Source: an uncultured Gammaproteobacteria bacterium (GTDB taxonomy: Bacteria; Patescibacteriota; Microgenomatia; UBA8517). Taken from it: a stretch of 62,536 bases of DNA. The translations under genes were made by a program, and so were the position numbers. The stretch covers positions 1 through 62,536 of the forward strand of contig CAYHMW010000004.1 in the NCBI GenBank assembly GCA_964357925.1, given 5' to 3'. This document shows positions 1 to 8,531 of this stretch, one piece after another (position 1 is the stretch's first letter; each line of letters opens with the position of its first letter). The notes beneath the pieces are model-generated. The model worked only from the letters and a program-made list of their open reading frames with translations, had not been told where the DNA came from and did not search any database.

Positions 1-75
1 TGGAGTGGACAATCACAACAGTCTGTAAAACTGTCGGCCGAACGGCCTACCCTGGTTCGAATCCAGGCCTCAGCA
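1..75 (+). tRNA. tRNA-Tyr(GTA), 3' portion; the 5' acceptor strand lies off the window edge
   Basis: Hand fold. Anticodon arm ACAGT-CTGTAAA-ACTGT. Long variable arm GGCC-GAAC-GGCC. T arm CCTGG-TTCGAAT-CCAGG. 3' acceptor CCTCAGC plus A. Confidence 0.75.
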
Positions 76-157
76 CACACTACCCCATAGCTATATTTAC
101 AACCTCGTTTAGTCTATAATTGCCCCACTGTTTAAGGTCTTTAAAAGGAGAAAGCTC

Positions 158-544
158 ATGCCGAGCAAAAAAGTCGAAGCATATGTTCTGGTAGCATTTT
201 TGGGTGTAGTCATCGTAATTGGGACACTCCTAGTCAGACTATCCGATCCGACAAATCAAGCCGACTACCGCCTACTCACAAAGTCCTTCTTTGTAGAAGA
301 CGGCAAGCTCACAGAGTATAAAGATTTCAAACCCCACGATGCAGACATGTCAACCTATGTGCTTCAGGATCAAAGAGACCCCATCGTCGAAATGCCCCAG
401 GGTTATACGAAGATTTATATTCCGCCATACATCAAAGCCGGCTATGACTACAACAAAGGCGAAGTAATCTACCCTATCATACTCGAAATGATAGGTGTGG
501 CAAAAAACGGAGAATCGCACCTCCTTATTTACGACATACCCTGA
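158..544 (+). CDS. hypothetical protein with an N-terminal TM anchor
   Basis: ORF track. AAGGAG-like RBS (aaaaggagaaagctc) just upstream of the ATG. Hydrophobic segment AYVLVAFLGVVIVIGTLLV. Confidence 0.55.
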   Translation: MPSKKVEAYVLVAFLGVVIVIGTLLVRLSDPTNQADYRLLTKSFFVEDGKLTEYKDFKPHDADMSTYVLQDQRDPIVEMPQGYTKIYIPPYIKAGYDYNKGEVIYPIILEMIGVAKNGESHLLIYDIP

Positions 545-579
545 ACAAATACAATCCCCTCCCCACGAGGGGATTATTT

Positions 580-960
580 TTATGAAGCAATCAAAACATT
601 GTTCAGCACTTCAATCTTCTCCTGAGGTAAACTTGATCTCAACTCACTCACAAAATCCTCGAAAACAGCCAAGAGCGAAGACCTAAACTCTTCTTCAAAA
701 TTCAAACTAGATTCACTAATCAAAGTCTCCAAATTAGCCTGAAAGCTTAGTGCATCCTCAGTGGACTCACCAACTTTTACAGATAACACCGAGCTATCAA
801 ACTTATCACCCAATTTATCAATAACTTTATTTTGTAAATCAATATAAGTCGCGGCCAGCAAATTTTGCTTTACAGATTCGCTAGACATCTCAGGATTAAG
901 TGCCACAATTATTCGGTCAACCTTGTCTCCAATTAGATTATTAAAATTCTCACTCATCAA
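580..960 (-). CDS. hypothetical protein
   Basis: ORF track only. Tandem with 967..1329 on the same strand. Confidence 0.4.
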   Translation of the reverse strand: MMSENFNNLIGDKVDRIIVALNPEMSSESVKQNLLAATYIDLQNKVIDKLGDKFDSSVLSVKVGESTEDALSFQANLETLISESSLNFEEEFRSSLLAVFEDFVSELRSSLPQEKIEVLNNVLIAS

Positions 961-966
961 AATACA

Positions 967-1329
967 TTACCCACCAGATCTGTAGCGCACTCCACCGGCG
1001 TAGGCGCTATAGCCAATTCCTTGTGATTCATTAAGTTTACCGACCATTCCAGATAATGTTTTCTCACGAGCAACTTCCTTAATTCCAGTATCAACTCCAT
1101 AGCTCTCAGCGATCGCTGACAACCGCTTTACAAGCGTTGCTCCAAAACGGTCAGCATTCTGTAGTGCCTCTTGCGCATCAAAATTCTTAATTTTCTCTTT
1201 TATTTTTTCATACAATGCGGTGGCTTTTTTATCTAAAGTCACAAACGCCGCACTATTTATCAATTTCTGGAGCATCTCCCCACCTTTACCTCTCTCAACT
1301 TTTGGTCCACCAATCCCCGAAGTTTCCAT
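967..1329 (-). CDS. hypothetical protein
   Basis: ORF track only. Confidence 0.4.
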   Translation of the reverse strand: METSGIGGPKVERGKGGEMLQKLINSAAFVTLDKKATALYEKIKEKIKNFDAQEALQNADRFGATLVKRLSAIAESYGVDTGIKEVAREKTLSGMVGKLNESQGIGYSAYAGGVRYRSGG

Positions 1330-1343
1330 TCACCAATCCTACA

Positions 1344-1949
1344 CTACTTTTTATTTATCGTAAAGTTCAAATTATTTGGTACGCTCAATATATTTACAGG
1401 ACTCTCCTCCTTCGTCATCATCTTTGTCTGATCATTATTAAACTCAAGCGTAAACGCTCCAGCATCGGGAACATCCTCAGCCTTAAAATAAATACTTGCA
1501 ATAGTCTTAGACGCATCTTCCATATAACCATCCAAACTTGTATTAACAGCCGCAAAATCGATTACAACACTCCCAGCTCCTTCTTGCACACTCCTCACAG
1601 GAAAGGTCCACTCACCACTTTGCAAAAACTCGGTAGCAGGATACAGAGTGTCCGAAATTACACCATTTTCATCCACAACCTGAACGTCAGGATTATCCCC
1701 AGAATAATCATAAGTTAGTCGAAAACTCATAGCGCTAACTGGTTTTGCCTCCCCATTTGTCCCTGTCCTAAAATTAACATCCACTCGAAAAACATCACCC
1801 TTGACAGCCGAAGGGACAGAAGGAGTAATGTCAAGGCCTCCAACTTTCTTGACCTCTCGTGTGCGTCCAAAAAACCAATATCCCAACACAAAAAGCAACA
1901 ACAAAATCAAAAGCGCAATCACTAATAACAATTTTTTACGGTTACTCAT
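1344..1949 (-). CDS. membrane-anchored cohesin-like domain protein
   Basis: N-terminal TM (LLLVIALLILLLLFVLGYWFF) followed by a beta-rich domain. The pattern resembles cohesin modules (VKGDVFRVDVNF...FRLTYDY...GEWTFPV...DFAAVNTS). Assignment by eye. Confidence 0.5.
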   Translation of the reverse strand: MSNRKKLLLVIALLILLLLFVLGYWFFGRTREVKKVGGLDITPSVPSAVKGDVFRVDVNFRTGTNGEAKPVSAMSFRLTYDYSGDNPDVQVVDENGVISDTLYPATEFLQSGEWTFPVRSVQEGAGSVVIDFAAVNTSLDGYMEDASKTIASIYFKAEDVPDAGAFTLEFNNDQTKMMTKEESPVNILSVPNNLNFTINKK

Positions 1950-2994
1950 CTCCGATTATTTCAAGTTGATTATAATTTGTTAAAACTACCACAATGTCCT
2001 TGGCTTCCAATACTCCATTGCCATCAATATCAAAATAACTATTTCCCTCATCCAACTCAACACTCAACTGAGTATATGGAGCGAGCAACAAGGCAATATC
2101 GAAAACATCAAGTCTATTATTCCCATCAAAGTCTCCTGCTCGAAGTTTGATAGTACCCCAATTCCAAGTATTCACACCACGGACCACCGCTACCTTAGTA
2201 AACTTCTTCGCCAAGTGCCCCTCGCCTTTTACAACTACATCATATGTCCCAGGCACAATTCCCTCGAGACGACCACTGTACACTCCTTTGTCATTCGCAG
2301 AAACCAAAACATCGTCAAACAAATAAACAACGTCTTCATTTTGTTTAAAACTTACTCTTACTTTCTTATTGGCACCCTGCCCAAAAACCCCTTGAAAAGC
2401 AATGTTAAAGACAAAAGTTGAGCCATCGCTAGCAGATGTTGTTACCAATTGCTGCTGAGAAGAAGTAGGTGTGCTAGGAATAGGTGTAGAACTGGCGTCA
2501 GATCCACCAGTAGATCCACCAGTATTGGTGACATTCACAGTCACATTGGTCGTGCTACTACTATTGGGCTGTGAAATGGCCTGCCCGCCTGTCCCACTAG
2601 GCGTGGACGTCGGTGCTGGTGTCGCTGTAGGCGCTTGTGTGGGTGCTTGTGTGGGTTGTTGTGTAGGTGCTTGTGTCGGTACAGCAGTTGGCGCAAGAGT
2701 CGCCGGCGGCTGAGTCGGGGTTTCCGTAGCAGGCGGTGGTGCATCAGTTGGAGGAGGTGCACTCGGACAATCTCCCACGCTGTCACCATGCTCCAAGTGA
2801 GCAGGAATAGCATTCTCATCAACTTCAATCGTATTCTGTCCAGAACCAGTCTGGTGACACAATTTGACTTTATGCTCCTCACCAGCAAACCTACGAAGCT
2901 CTTGCGAAGTCTGTACTAAAATAACCCCAACCACCAAACCACCAAGCAAAACCGCTAAACTAACATAATTAAAAACTCGTCCCATGCTATACAT
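1942..2994 (-). CDS. membrane-anchored surface protein with a Pro/Thr linker and a C-terminal dockerin-like tandem Ca-binding repeat
   Basis: N-terminal TM, then a Cys/His motif (CHQTGSG...HLEHGDSVGDCP) and a PT-rich linker. C-terminus carries DFDGNNRLDVFDIALLL and DIDGNGVLEAKDIVVVL, two dockerin-type loop-helix repeats. Confidence 0.6.
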   Translation of the reverse strand: MYSMGRVFNYVSLAVLLGGLVVGVILVQTSQELRRFAGEEHKVKLCHQTGSGQNTIEVDENAIPAHLEHGDSVGDCPSAPPPTDAPPPATETPTQPPATLAPTAVPTQAPTQQPTQAPTQAPTATPAPTSTPSGTGGQAISQPNSSSTTNVTVNVTNTGGSTGGSDASSTPIPSTPTSSQQQLVTTSASDGSTFVFNIAFQGVFGQGANKKVRVSFKQNEDVVYLFDDVLVSANDKGVYSGRLEGIVPGTYDVVVKGEGHLAKKFTKVAVVRGVNTWNWGTIKLRAGDFDGNNRLDVFDIALLLAPYTQLSVELDEGNSYFDIDGNGVLEAKDIVVVLTNYNQLEIIGDE

Positions 2995-3038
2995 TCAGAT
3001 TATCACAAATTAAAAAGGAGATACACAAGCAACAATTC

Positions 3039-3956
3039 TTACTCAAGAAACACAGGCTGCGCCCAATTCTTCATATAGATCTCCCGCCTTTGTTCTCCTA
3101 CAAATTCACCATCTTTAAATAACAATCGAACAACTAGACCACGCCGTGTACCCTCACTCCACATCTGGTCAAACACAAAGTTGCCGAGCGAGTAATAAAC
3201 CGGCCGCTCGTTTATATACTCCACACTTTGCACCCAATGTGGATGGTGCCCAGAAATCACATCGGCTCCAGCCATTACAAGCTGTTTCGCCCATACCCTC
3301 TGTTGGGCAGTCGGCTCACTTGTATACTCTACTCCCCAATGCACACCAAGAAACAAAACGTCAACCTGGCCATCAGAGGATCGAACAAGTTCCAGGTCTT
3401 CCTCTGCAAGCTTTTTATCAAAGAAATTAAACCCCAAAAATCCAAATTTAGTATTCCCAACCTCTACTATCTTTAATGCTCCACGCCCAGTATAACCAAT
3501 GCCAGCCTCCCGCAAGTGCTCTTCCGTTTCAACTGCTCCAATTCCACCATAATCATTTGCATGATTATTCGCCAAACTCACAATATCAATATAATTTTTC
3601 AAGCCATCGAGCGCAGATGGCGGTGCGCAAAATACAGTACCTGTATTACTCGTCGGGCACTCTTCAATAATCGGATTTTCCAGATTCGCATACACAATAT
3701 CTCCAGTCCCCAAATATTCAGAAACATGAACAAAAGGATAATTCCAATCCCCTGCCTTCAAGGAAGTACTGTTAACTGTTCTCCCAAGCATAATATCTCC
3801 AACCATAATCACAGCAATCCCAGGCTCTTCAAATTGAGGAATAACTCTCCGTATGGCACCGCCAATGTCGTCACTACCCAGATTCTTCAATACAAATACA
3901 GAACCAATCACAAAAACAAAGATGATAAAAATAGCCAACGAAGTCTTATCCCTCAA
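3039..3956 (-). CDS. capA: CapA-family (poly-gamma-glutamate synthesis / metallophosphatase-like) protein
   Basis: N-terminal TM. Motifs VGDIMLGR, ANLENP, SLANNHANDYG, GVHWGVEY and GHHPH are typical of the PGA_cap/CapA family. Confidence 0.8.
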   Translation of the reverse strand: MRDKTSLAIFIIFVFVIGSVFVLKNLGSDDIGGAIRRVIPQFEEPGIAVIMVGDIMLGRTVNSTSLKAGDWNYPFVHVSEYLGTGDIVYANLENPIIEECPTSNTGTVFCAPPSALDGLKNYIDIVSLANNHANDYGGIGAVETEEHLREAGIGYTGRGALKIVEVGNTKFGFLGFNFFDKKLAEEDLELVRSSDGQVDVLFLGVHWGVEYTSEPTAQQRVWAKQLVMAGADVISGHHPHWVQSVEYINERPVYYSLGNFVFDQMWSEGTRRGLVVRLLFKDGEFVGEQRREIYMKNWAQPVFLE

Positions 3957-4775
3957 CTATATCGCCAAAAGAAGTGCACCAATTATTAATACTACTCCCA
4001 CAGAAACTCCCATCATTGTAGGAGCCACAATACCAGCATTAGGAAGTACCGCAACAGGAGTCCCAGATCCAGTTGCCCTTGGCGTAGCACTCCCTGTCGC
4101 CTTTGATGTCGCAGTCGCCTTGCCACTACCAGTCGGGCTGGCAGTACCAGTGCCCGATCCTGTAGCGGATGATGTAGAACCAACACCCCCAACTCCAAGA
4201 ACTCTGTAGGTACCAGTAGTTGAAGGAGTGAGAAGTACATCTTCTCCAGTTTCCTTCGCTGCAATAATGCTATTGTTCGGAGCAAAAGCAAGCACAACAG
4301 GGTTAATTTCAGGTGCCGAAGCAGCTACTAGGTCGAAGGTTGCAAGCTGCGTGTCCACCTCAGTTGAATAACCAGTCGTGCTTGTGTTGAAACACGAAAT
4401 GTCAATCGTGGCTATTCCTGCACTGGCGTTAAATTGAGTCACAGGACACGTCCACTCCCCAGTTCCCAGAAGTCCGCTACTTATCGTTATGTTCTGAACA
4501 TCCACAGGCGCCGAAACCTCACTATAAGTATAGTTAAGCTTTGCAGCTATCCCCGAAATAGAAAGCCCACCAGTATTAAATAACACACTCACACGAGTTG
4601 ATTCACCAATTGAAATTGTAGAAGTGTCTGGACTTACAGTAACCGTCGATGTACCACCAGGAACAGAGGCTTTCTCTCGAATATCCTGTTGCTGTCGAAG
4701 CAAATAAACAGCAGCAACAACCCCAAGAACAAGAACTAAAATGAGAATTACAATTACTAACACCCTTTTATTCAT
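3957..4775 (-). CDS. cohesin-like surface protein with a C-terminal LPxxG-like sorting motif plus a hydrophobic tail
   Basis: N-terminal TM and a cohesin-like beta domain (ISGIAAKLNYTY...GEWTCPV...DISCFNTS). Then a GS/T-rich linker and LPNAG followed by a hydrophobic segment at the C-terminus. Confidence 0.5.
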   Translation of the reverse strand: MNKRVLVIVILILVLVLGVVAAVYLLRQQQDIREKASVPGGTSTVTVSPDTSTISIGESTRVSVLFNTGGLSISGIAAKLNYTYSEVSAPVDVQNITISSGLLGTGEWTCPVTQFNASAGIATIDISCFNTSTTGYSTEVDTQLATFDLVAASAPEINPVVLAFAPNNSIIAAKETGEDVLLTPSTTGTYRVLGVGGVGSTSSATGSGTGTASPTGSGKATATSKATGSATPRATGSGTPVAVLPNAGIVAPTMMGVSVGVVLIIGALLLAI

Positions 4776-4866
4776 TGGCAGATAACTAACGTTATATACT
4801 TTTTACATAGTCGTCAAGCAGGACTTTGGTGCATGCGGCAAAGCTTGATCTATAGTAGAATTAGCA

Positions 4867-5466
4867 ATGGACAAAGAAGAGCTTGTCACTCTCTATTCTT
4901 CGGGGAAATCCATGAACGAAATATCAATCATAAAGGAATGCTCAATTAATAAAATCGTTTATTGGATGGATAAACACAACATCGCAAGAAGGTCACTTAG
5001 CGAAGCGATTTACCAAAAATCAAACCCAAGTGGGCATCCATTTAGTATAAAGAAAAACATGAATAACGCTGAACAAATACTTTACGGACTGGCTCTTGGA
5101 ATTTATTGGGGAGAAGGAAACAAAGCAGATAAATATCAAGTGCGAGTTACCAACACTGATCCAAAGATGATTTTGATATTCAGGGCGTTTTTACTAAATA
5201 TCTGTGGAGTAAAGCCAGACAAGATTTCATATAGCATAGTATCATTTCACGATCTAGATGAATTGAAGATTAGAAGGTACTGGAGCAAACAACTCAAGAT
5301 ATCCGAAGAAAAATTTGGTAAAATCGTCAAGATTCCGTCGCAAAGCAAAGGGACATACAAAAAGAAGTCAAAAAAAGGTGTTGCAAGCATCACTGTGTCG
5401 AACACTAAGTTTAAAGAGTGGATTCTGAACGAAATAGATTCAACACACAACTTTTTGCCCAAGTAG
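4867..5466 (+). CDS. HTH plus LAGLIDADG-like homing-endonuclease-type protein (putative)
   Basis: N-terminal HTH-like segment (SGKSMNEISIIKECSINKIVYWM). LAGLIDADG-like motif ILYGLALGIYWGEGNK. The stop codon overlaps the first 10 nt of tRNA-Thr. Confidence 0.45.
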   Translation: MDKEELVTLYSSGKSMNEISIIKECSINKIVYWMDKHNIARRSLSEAIYQKSNPSGHPFSIKKNMNNAEQILYGLALGIYWGEGNKADKYQVRVTNTDPKMILIFRAFLLNICGVKPDKISYSIVSFHDLDELKIRRYWSKQLKISEEKFGKIVKIPSQSKGTYKKKSKKGVASITVSNTKFKEWILNEIDSTHNFLPK

Positions 5467-5529
5467 CTCAGTTGGTAGAGCGTACCCTTGGTAAGGGTAA
5501 GGTCAGCAGTTCAATCCTGCTCTTGGGCT
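5457..5529 (+). tRNA. tRNA-Thr(GGT)
   Basis: Hand fold. Acceptor GCCCAAG/CTTGGGC. D arm GCTC-AGTTGGTA-GAGC. Anticodon arm TACCC-TTGGTAA-GGGTA. T arm AGCAG-TTCAATC-CTGCT. Confidence 0.9.
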
Positions 5530-5603
5530 CACTCTTCATTTGACACGCGAGAGGCGGCAAGGCCCCTTTTTTATTGCCCAAAAATATCTGCTAAAGTTAG
5601 TTT

Positions 5604-6057
5604 ATGCAACTAATTAGCCACATAGCATACCCATCCCTCCTCTACCTCGCGATATCGCAATTAACTTCAACTCCTCTACAAAACGAGTATTACCTACCGT
5701 TTTTGTTTGGTAGCATCTTCCCTGATCTCGATGGCATATATCAAATCGCAATTGTGAGGAAGCTTGGCCAATTGCTTATGCCCCGCTACTGCTCATATCG
5801 TATTTAATTGGGAGTCCCCACTTGTTTCTATTTACACTTGGAGTTTATTCACACCTTTTCTTGGACACTTTTTTCGTAGGTGACGGCATGATGTGACTCT
5901 ACCCATACTCTCATAAAATGTACGCATTTTTAGGAGCAAAAGTCCGACATCACCACGGCACTGACTGGTTCAATCTTTACAAAACCTTATCCATCTTCAA
6001 AATCGACATTGTGGCTATAAAGGCCACAATTTTAATTCTACTTTTCAACTACCTGTA
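5604..6057 (+). pseudogene. degraded YdjM-like membrane-bound metal-dependent hydrolase gene (one frameshift plus an in-frame TGA)
   Basis: Frame A gives MQLISH...FGSIFPDLDG and stops at 5807. A second frame continues ...GVYSHLFLDTFFVGDGMM*LYPYS... with TGA at 5894-5896, at about the position of the family's conserved Trp (E. coli YdjM ...GVPLLWP). Confidence 0.5.
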
Positions 6058-7147
6058 AGCTCCCCACAGCCTCACTTATATTTTTATATCCATCGCGCTC
6101 AAGTCGCGCAACTACCCCACGATTTATATCCCCAATAACTTGAGGCCCTTCAAAAATCATCCCCGTAATCACCTCAACAAGGCTCGCACCCCTGCAAATC
6201 TTCTCGTAAGCATCTTCTGCACTAAATATTCCCCCAACTCCAATAATCTTAATTTTGTCACCGAACTCTTGATAAGTTCTACTAATCAACTCATTACTAA
6301 GCCTCCATGTCGGCCTTCCACTGATTCCTCCTTTAATATGTTTTGGGATTTCATCTTTTATGGTCATAGATTTATGATCCTTATTGAGGTTCCCAATAAC
6401 CAATGCATCAATCTTATATCTCACCGCCACCTCGACAAGCTTCTTAAACTCACCCCAAGGTAAATTAATCGGCATTTTAATGAATATTGGCCTTGAAGTC
6501 TTAATTTTCCTTATTTCATGAAGAAGTGCCTTCAATCTTAATGGTGTTGTGTAAGGCTCTCCACCAAAAGTATTAGGGCAAGAAATATTTATTGTGTAAT
6601 ATTCGGCAACTCCGCTTTTCTCAAACTCCCGCAAGCAAGCGACATAGTCTTTTATGCCATCGTCCAAACTCACCGTCTTTTTGCTATTTGTCTTCCCAAT
6701 CGATGCACCCAACACAATATCCTCGTGATATGACGACTTGATCCTACCAATCACACGCACTGCCCCCTCATTTTTCAAGCCATAATAAACAACTAAAGCT
6801 TTTGACTTCGGAAGCCTATAAAGCCTTGGTTTAGGATTCCCCCCGTATGGACTAAAAGTAACAGTTCCAAGCTCAGTAAATCCAAACCCCACAGAACCCA
6901 TAATTGAAACTAACTTTGCATCCTTATCAAATCCAGCAGAAAGTCCAACAGGATTTGAGAACTTTACTCCACAAACCGTGCTCTCAAGCATTTTATTTTG
7001 ATAACCAAAAAGCGCAGAGGTGATATGTCTTGTGAGTTGACTCTTGCCCAATAAACTGCCGATTTGAGTAAATCTGTCGTGCACACTCTCAGGATCTTGA
7101 GTAAAAAGGATTGGCTTCAGCAGATTCCTGTATATGATCCCGGTCAT
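6038..7147 (-). CDS. pyrD: dihydroorotate dehydrogenase with class-2-like architecture
   Basis: Collinear by eye with E. coli PyrD: N-terminal extension, GNPKPRLYRLP, NISCPNT, GGISGRP and IIGVGGI. Confidence 0.85.
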   Translation of the reverse strand: MTGIIYRNLLKPILFTQDPESVHDRFTQIGSLLGKSQLTRHITSALFGYQNKMLESTVCGVKFSNPVGLSAGFDKDAKLVSIMGSVGFGFTELGTVTFSPYGGNPKPRLYRLPKSKALVVYYGLKNEGAVRVIGRIKSSYHEDIVLGASIGKTNSKKTVSLDDGIKDYVACLREFEKSGVAEYYTINISCPNTFGGEPYTTPLRLKALLHEIRKIKTSRPIFIKMPINLPWGEFKKLVEVAVRYKIDALVIGNLNKDHKSMTIKDEIPKHIKGGISGRPTWRLSNELISRTYQEFGDKIKIIGVGGIFSAEDAYEKICRGASLVEVITGMIFEGPQVIGDINRGVVARLERDGYKNISEAVGSLQVVEK

Positions 7148-7243
7148 GCTAGACCAATTCTACACCTATCTGCTATACCGAAAAAAACTCTGGTTTGCAT
7201 TTTTTTAAAGAGATTTTTTGAGGTATATAAACATCTACGAGAG

Positions 7244-7273
7244 TTGCAAACTCGAGTTAAATGAGTATATAAT
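7244..7273 (+). promoter_or_regulatory. sigma70-like promoter abutting the rpmG start codon
   Basis: TTGCAA (7244-7249), an 18-nt spacer, then TATAAT (7268-7273). The ATG at 7285 implies a very short leader. Confidence 0.45.
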
Positions 7274-7284
7274 TCCTCCCTGAT

Positions 7285-7476
7285 ATGGCAAAAAGTAAAA
7301 GCGACATTGTGGCGATGGTTTGCGAAGTTTGTAAAAGCCAAAACTACGTCACAACAAGAAACAAGACAAATATTCAGGTAAAGTCTCCAGCGGGCTCAGG
7401 CAAGCTCTTGCTAATGAAATTCTGCAAAACCTGCCGGGTATCTACAAAGCATAAAGAAACCGACAAAACTAAATAA
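7285..7476 (+). CDS. rpmG: 50S ribosomal protein L33
   Basis: MAKSKSDIV...CEVCKSQNY...KFCKTCRVSTKHKETDK: L33 length and CxxC...CxxC pattern. Confidence 0.85.
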   Translation: MAKSKSDIVAMVCEVCKSQNYVTTRNKTNIQVKSPAGSGKLLLMKFCKTCRVSTKHKETDKTK

Positions 7477-7514
7477 GGCTTCTAGTCTTTTTTCTTCTTG
7501 GCACAATTGATAGA

Positions 7515-7844
7515 ATGTTCAAAGAACGCATGTCAGATATAGACCACCTAGAACAGCACTTCCAGCAAACTCTCGACGCACCTGCTGGAGAGTGCCCACT
7601 ACCAGAGCCTGGCAGAGAAACCGCAGGTAGACATGGTACAAATGAAGCCGCACCCATTATGGAGCACGCCGGCCACATGAAGATCAAAAACCAGCCAATT
7701 GATGTCCACGGCAAATACGACTACGACATAGATCAAAATACCGAAGAACAAGGGCGCTACCTAGAACAACTTAAGGAAATGCTCAAAACAGGTCAAATCA
7801 CACAGCAGGAATTCGAAGAATTCTCTCAGTTGGAAAAAGTTTGA
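7515..7844 (+). CDS. hypothetical protein
   Basis: ORF track only; no obvious RBS. Confidence 0.35.
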   Translation: MFKERMSDIDHLEQHFQQTLDAPAGECPLPEPGRETAGRHGTNEAAPIMEHAGHMKIKNQPIDVHGKYDYDIDQNTEEQGRYLEQLKEMLKTGQITQQEFEEFSQLEKV

Positions 7845-7941
7845 GCAATGACCTCTAAAAAAGACGGCTACGATAAGGTATACTTCTGATATTCGCACAG
7901 CTGATCGCCAAAGCGACAGCTTAGTACATTTCAGGAGATTC

Positions 7942-8388
7942 TTGATGTCAATCAAAAACGGTAGGCTAAAAATAGCATACAGTGATAGGTGCGACCTTAA
8001 TCTAAGGCTGACTTCGGGCCACTGCGCCAAGTGTGGTAAACGCACAACAGGTGCAAGATTAGGATTCCAGGCTAACCTGATCTACTGTGAAGAATGCAGA
8101 CAATCACTTGATCCAAAAAAGCCTGAAAACCACCTCTTTGTAAGAGGTGGTGAATGTCAGCACGCGCCCAACTGTATAGACCCAGCCTACGGCCTACTTA
8201 AAGAGGTAGTTTCTAATAACGCAGATTGTGCCGATCATATTGTCATTGAAGGCAGGTGTACAAACTGCGGTACAATAATGAGCGGACCTAAACTAAGGTT
8301 CGAACTTGGAGTTGCATACTGCAGCGAACCCTGCGGGATGGAGCTCCAGGAAAGTGTATTCCAAAGACTCAACATTGCAGAAGCATAG
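7942..8388 (+). CDS. Cys-rich protein with two TRASH/zinc-ribbon-like repeats
   Basis: Internal duplication: CAKCGKRTTGARLGFQANLIYCEECRQSL versus CTNCGTIMSGPKLRFELGVAYCSEPCGMEL. Followed by an intrinsic terminator. Confidence 0.55.
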   Translation: MMSIKNGRLKIAYSDRCDLNLRLTSGHCAKCGKRTTGARLGFQANLIYCEECRQSLDPKKPENHLFVRGGECQHAPNCIDPAYGLLKEVVSNNADCADHIVIEGRCTNCGTIMSGPKLRFELGVAYCSEPCGMELQESVFQRLNIAEA

Positions 8389-8402
8389 TACCACGCCTTG
8401 CT

Positions 8403-8436
8403 AGAGCCGCTAGTGCGATAAGCGGCTCTATTTTTA
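8403..8436 (+). terminator. intrinsic terminator
   Basis: 9-bp stem AGAGCCGCT/AGCGGCTCT with a 9-nt loop, followed by ATTTTTAT. Confidence 0.8.
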
Positions 8437-8531
8437 TGCGCAATTTTGACACAATCTCACACAAAGAACTAAAATCAACTGAGTCAGATATTTTCGACCA
8501 TTAAAGTACGTTTTAGTTCAAAGAAGGAACT

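Noticed and set aside
2471-2760. GC-rich short tandem repeats (GCTTGTGTGGGT-like) and the overlapping ORFs 2471..2713(+), 2541..2888(-) and 2635..2919(+).
   Set aside because: This is the reverse strand of the Pro/Thr-rich linker (PTQAPTQQPTQAPTQAPT) of the dockerin-like protein. It is coding low complexity, not a separate element.
5894-5896. UGA recoding (genetic code 4 or 25), suggested by the TGA at a conserved Trp position in the YdjM-like gene.
   Set aside because: atpD (stop at 40190-40192), gpmI, the MNT gene and others end with TGA at the expected protein termini. All conserved genes in the window are intact under the standard code. The same locus also has a frameshift, so a pseudogene is the simpler explanation.
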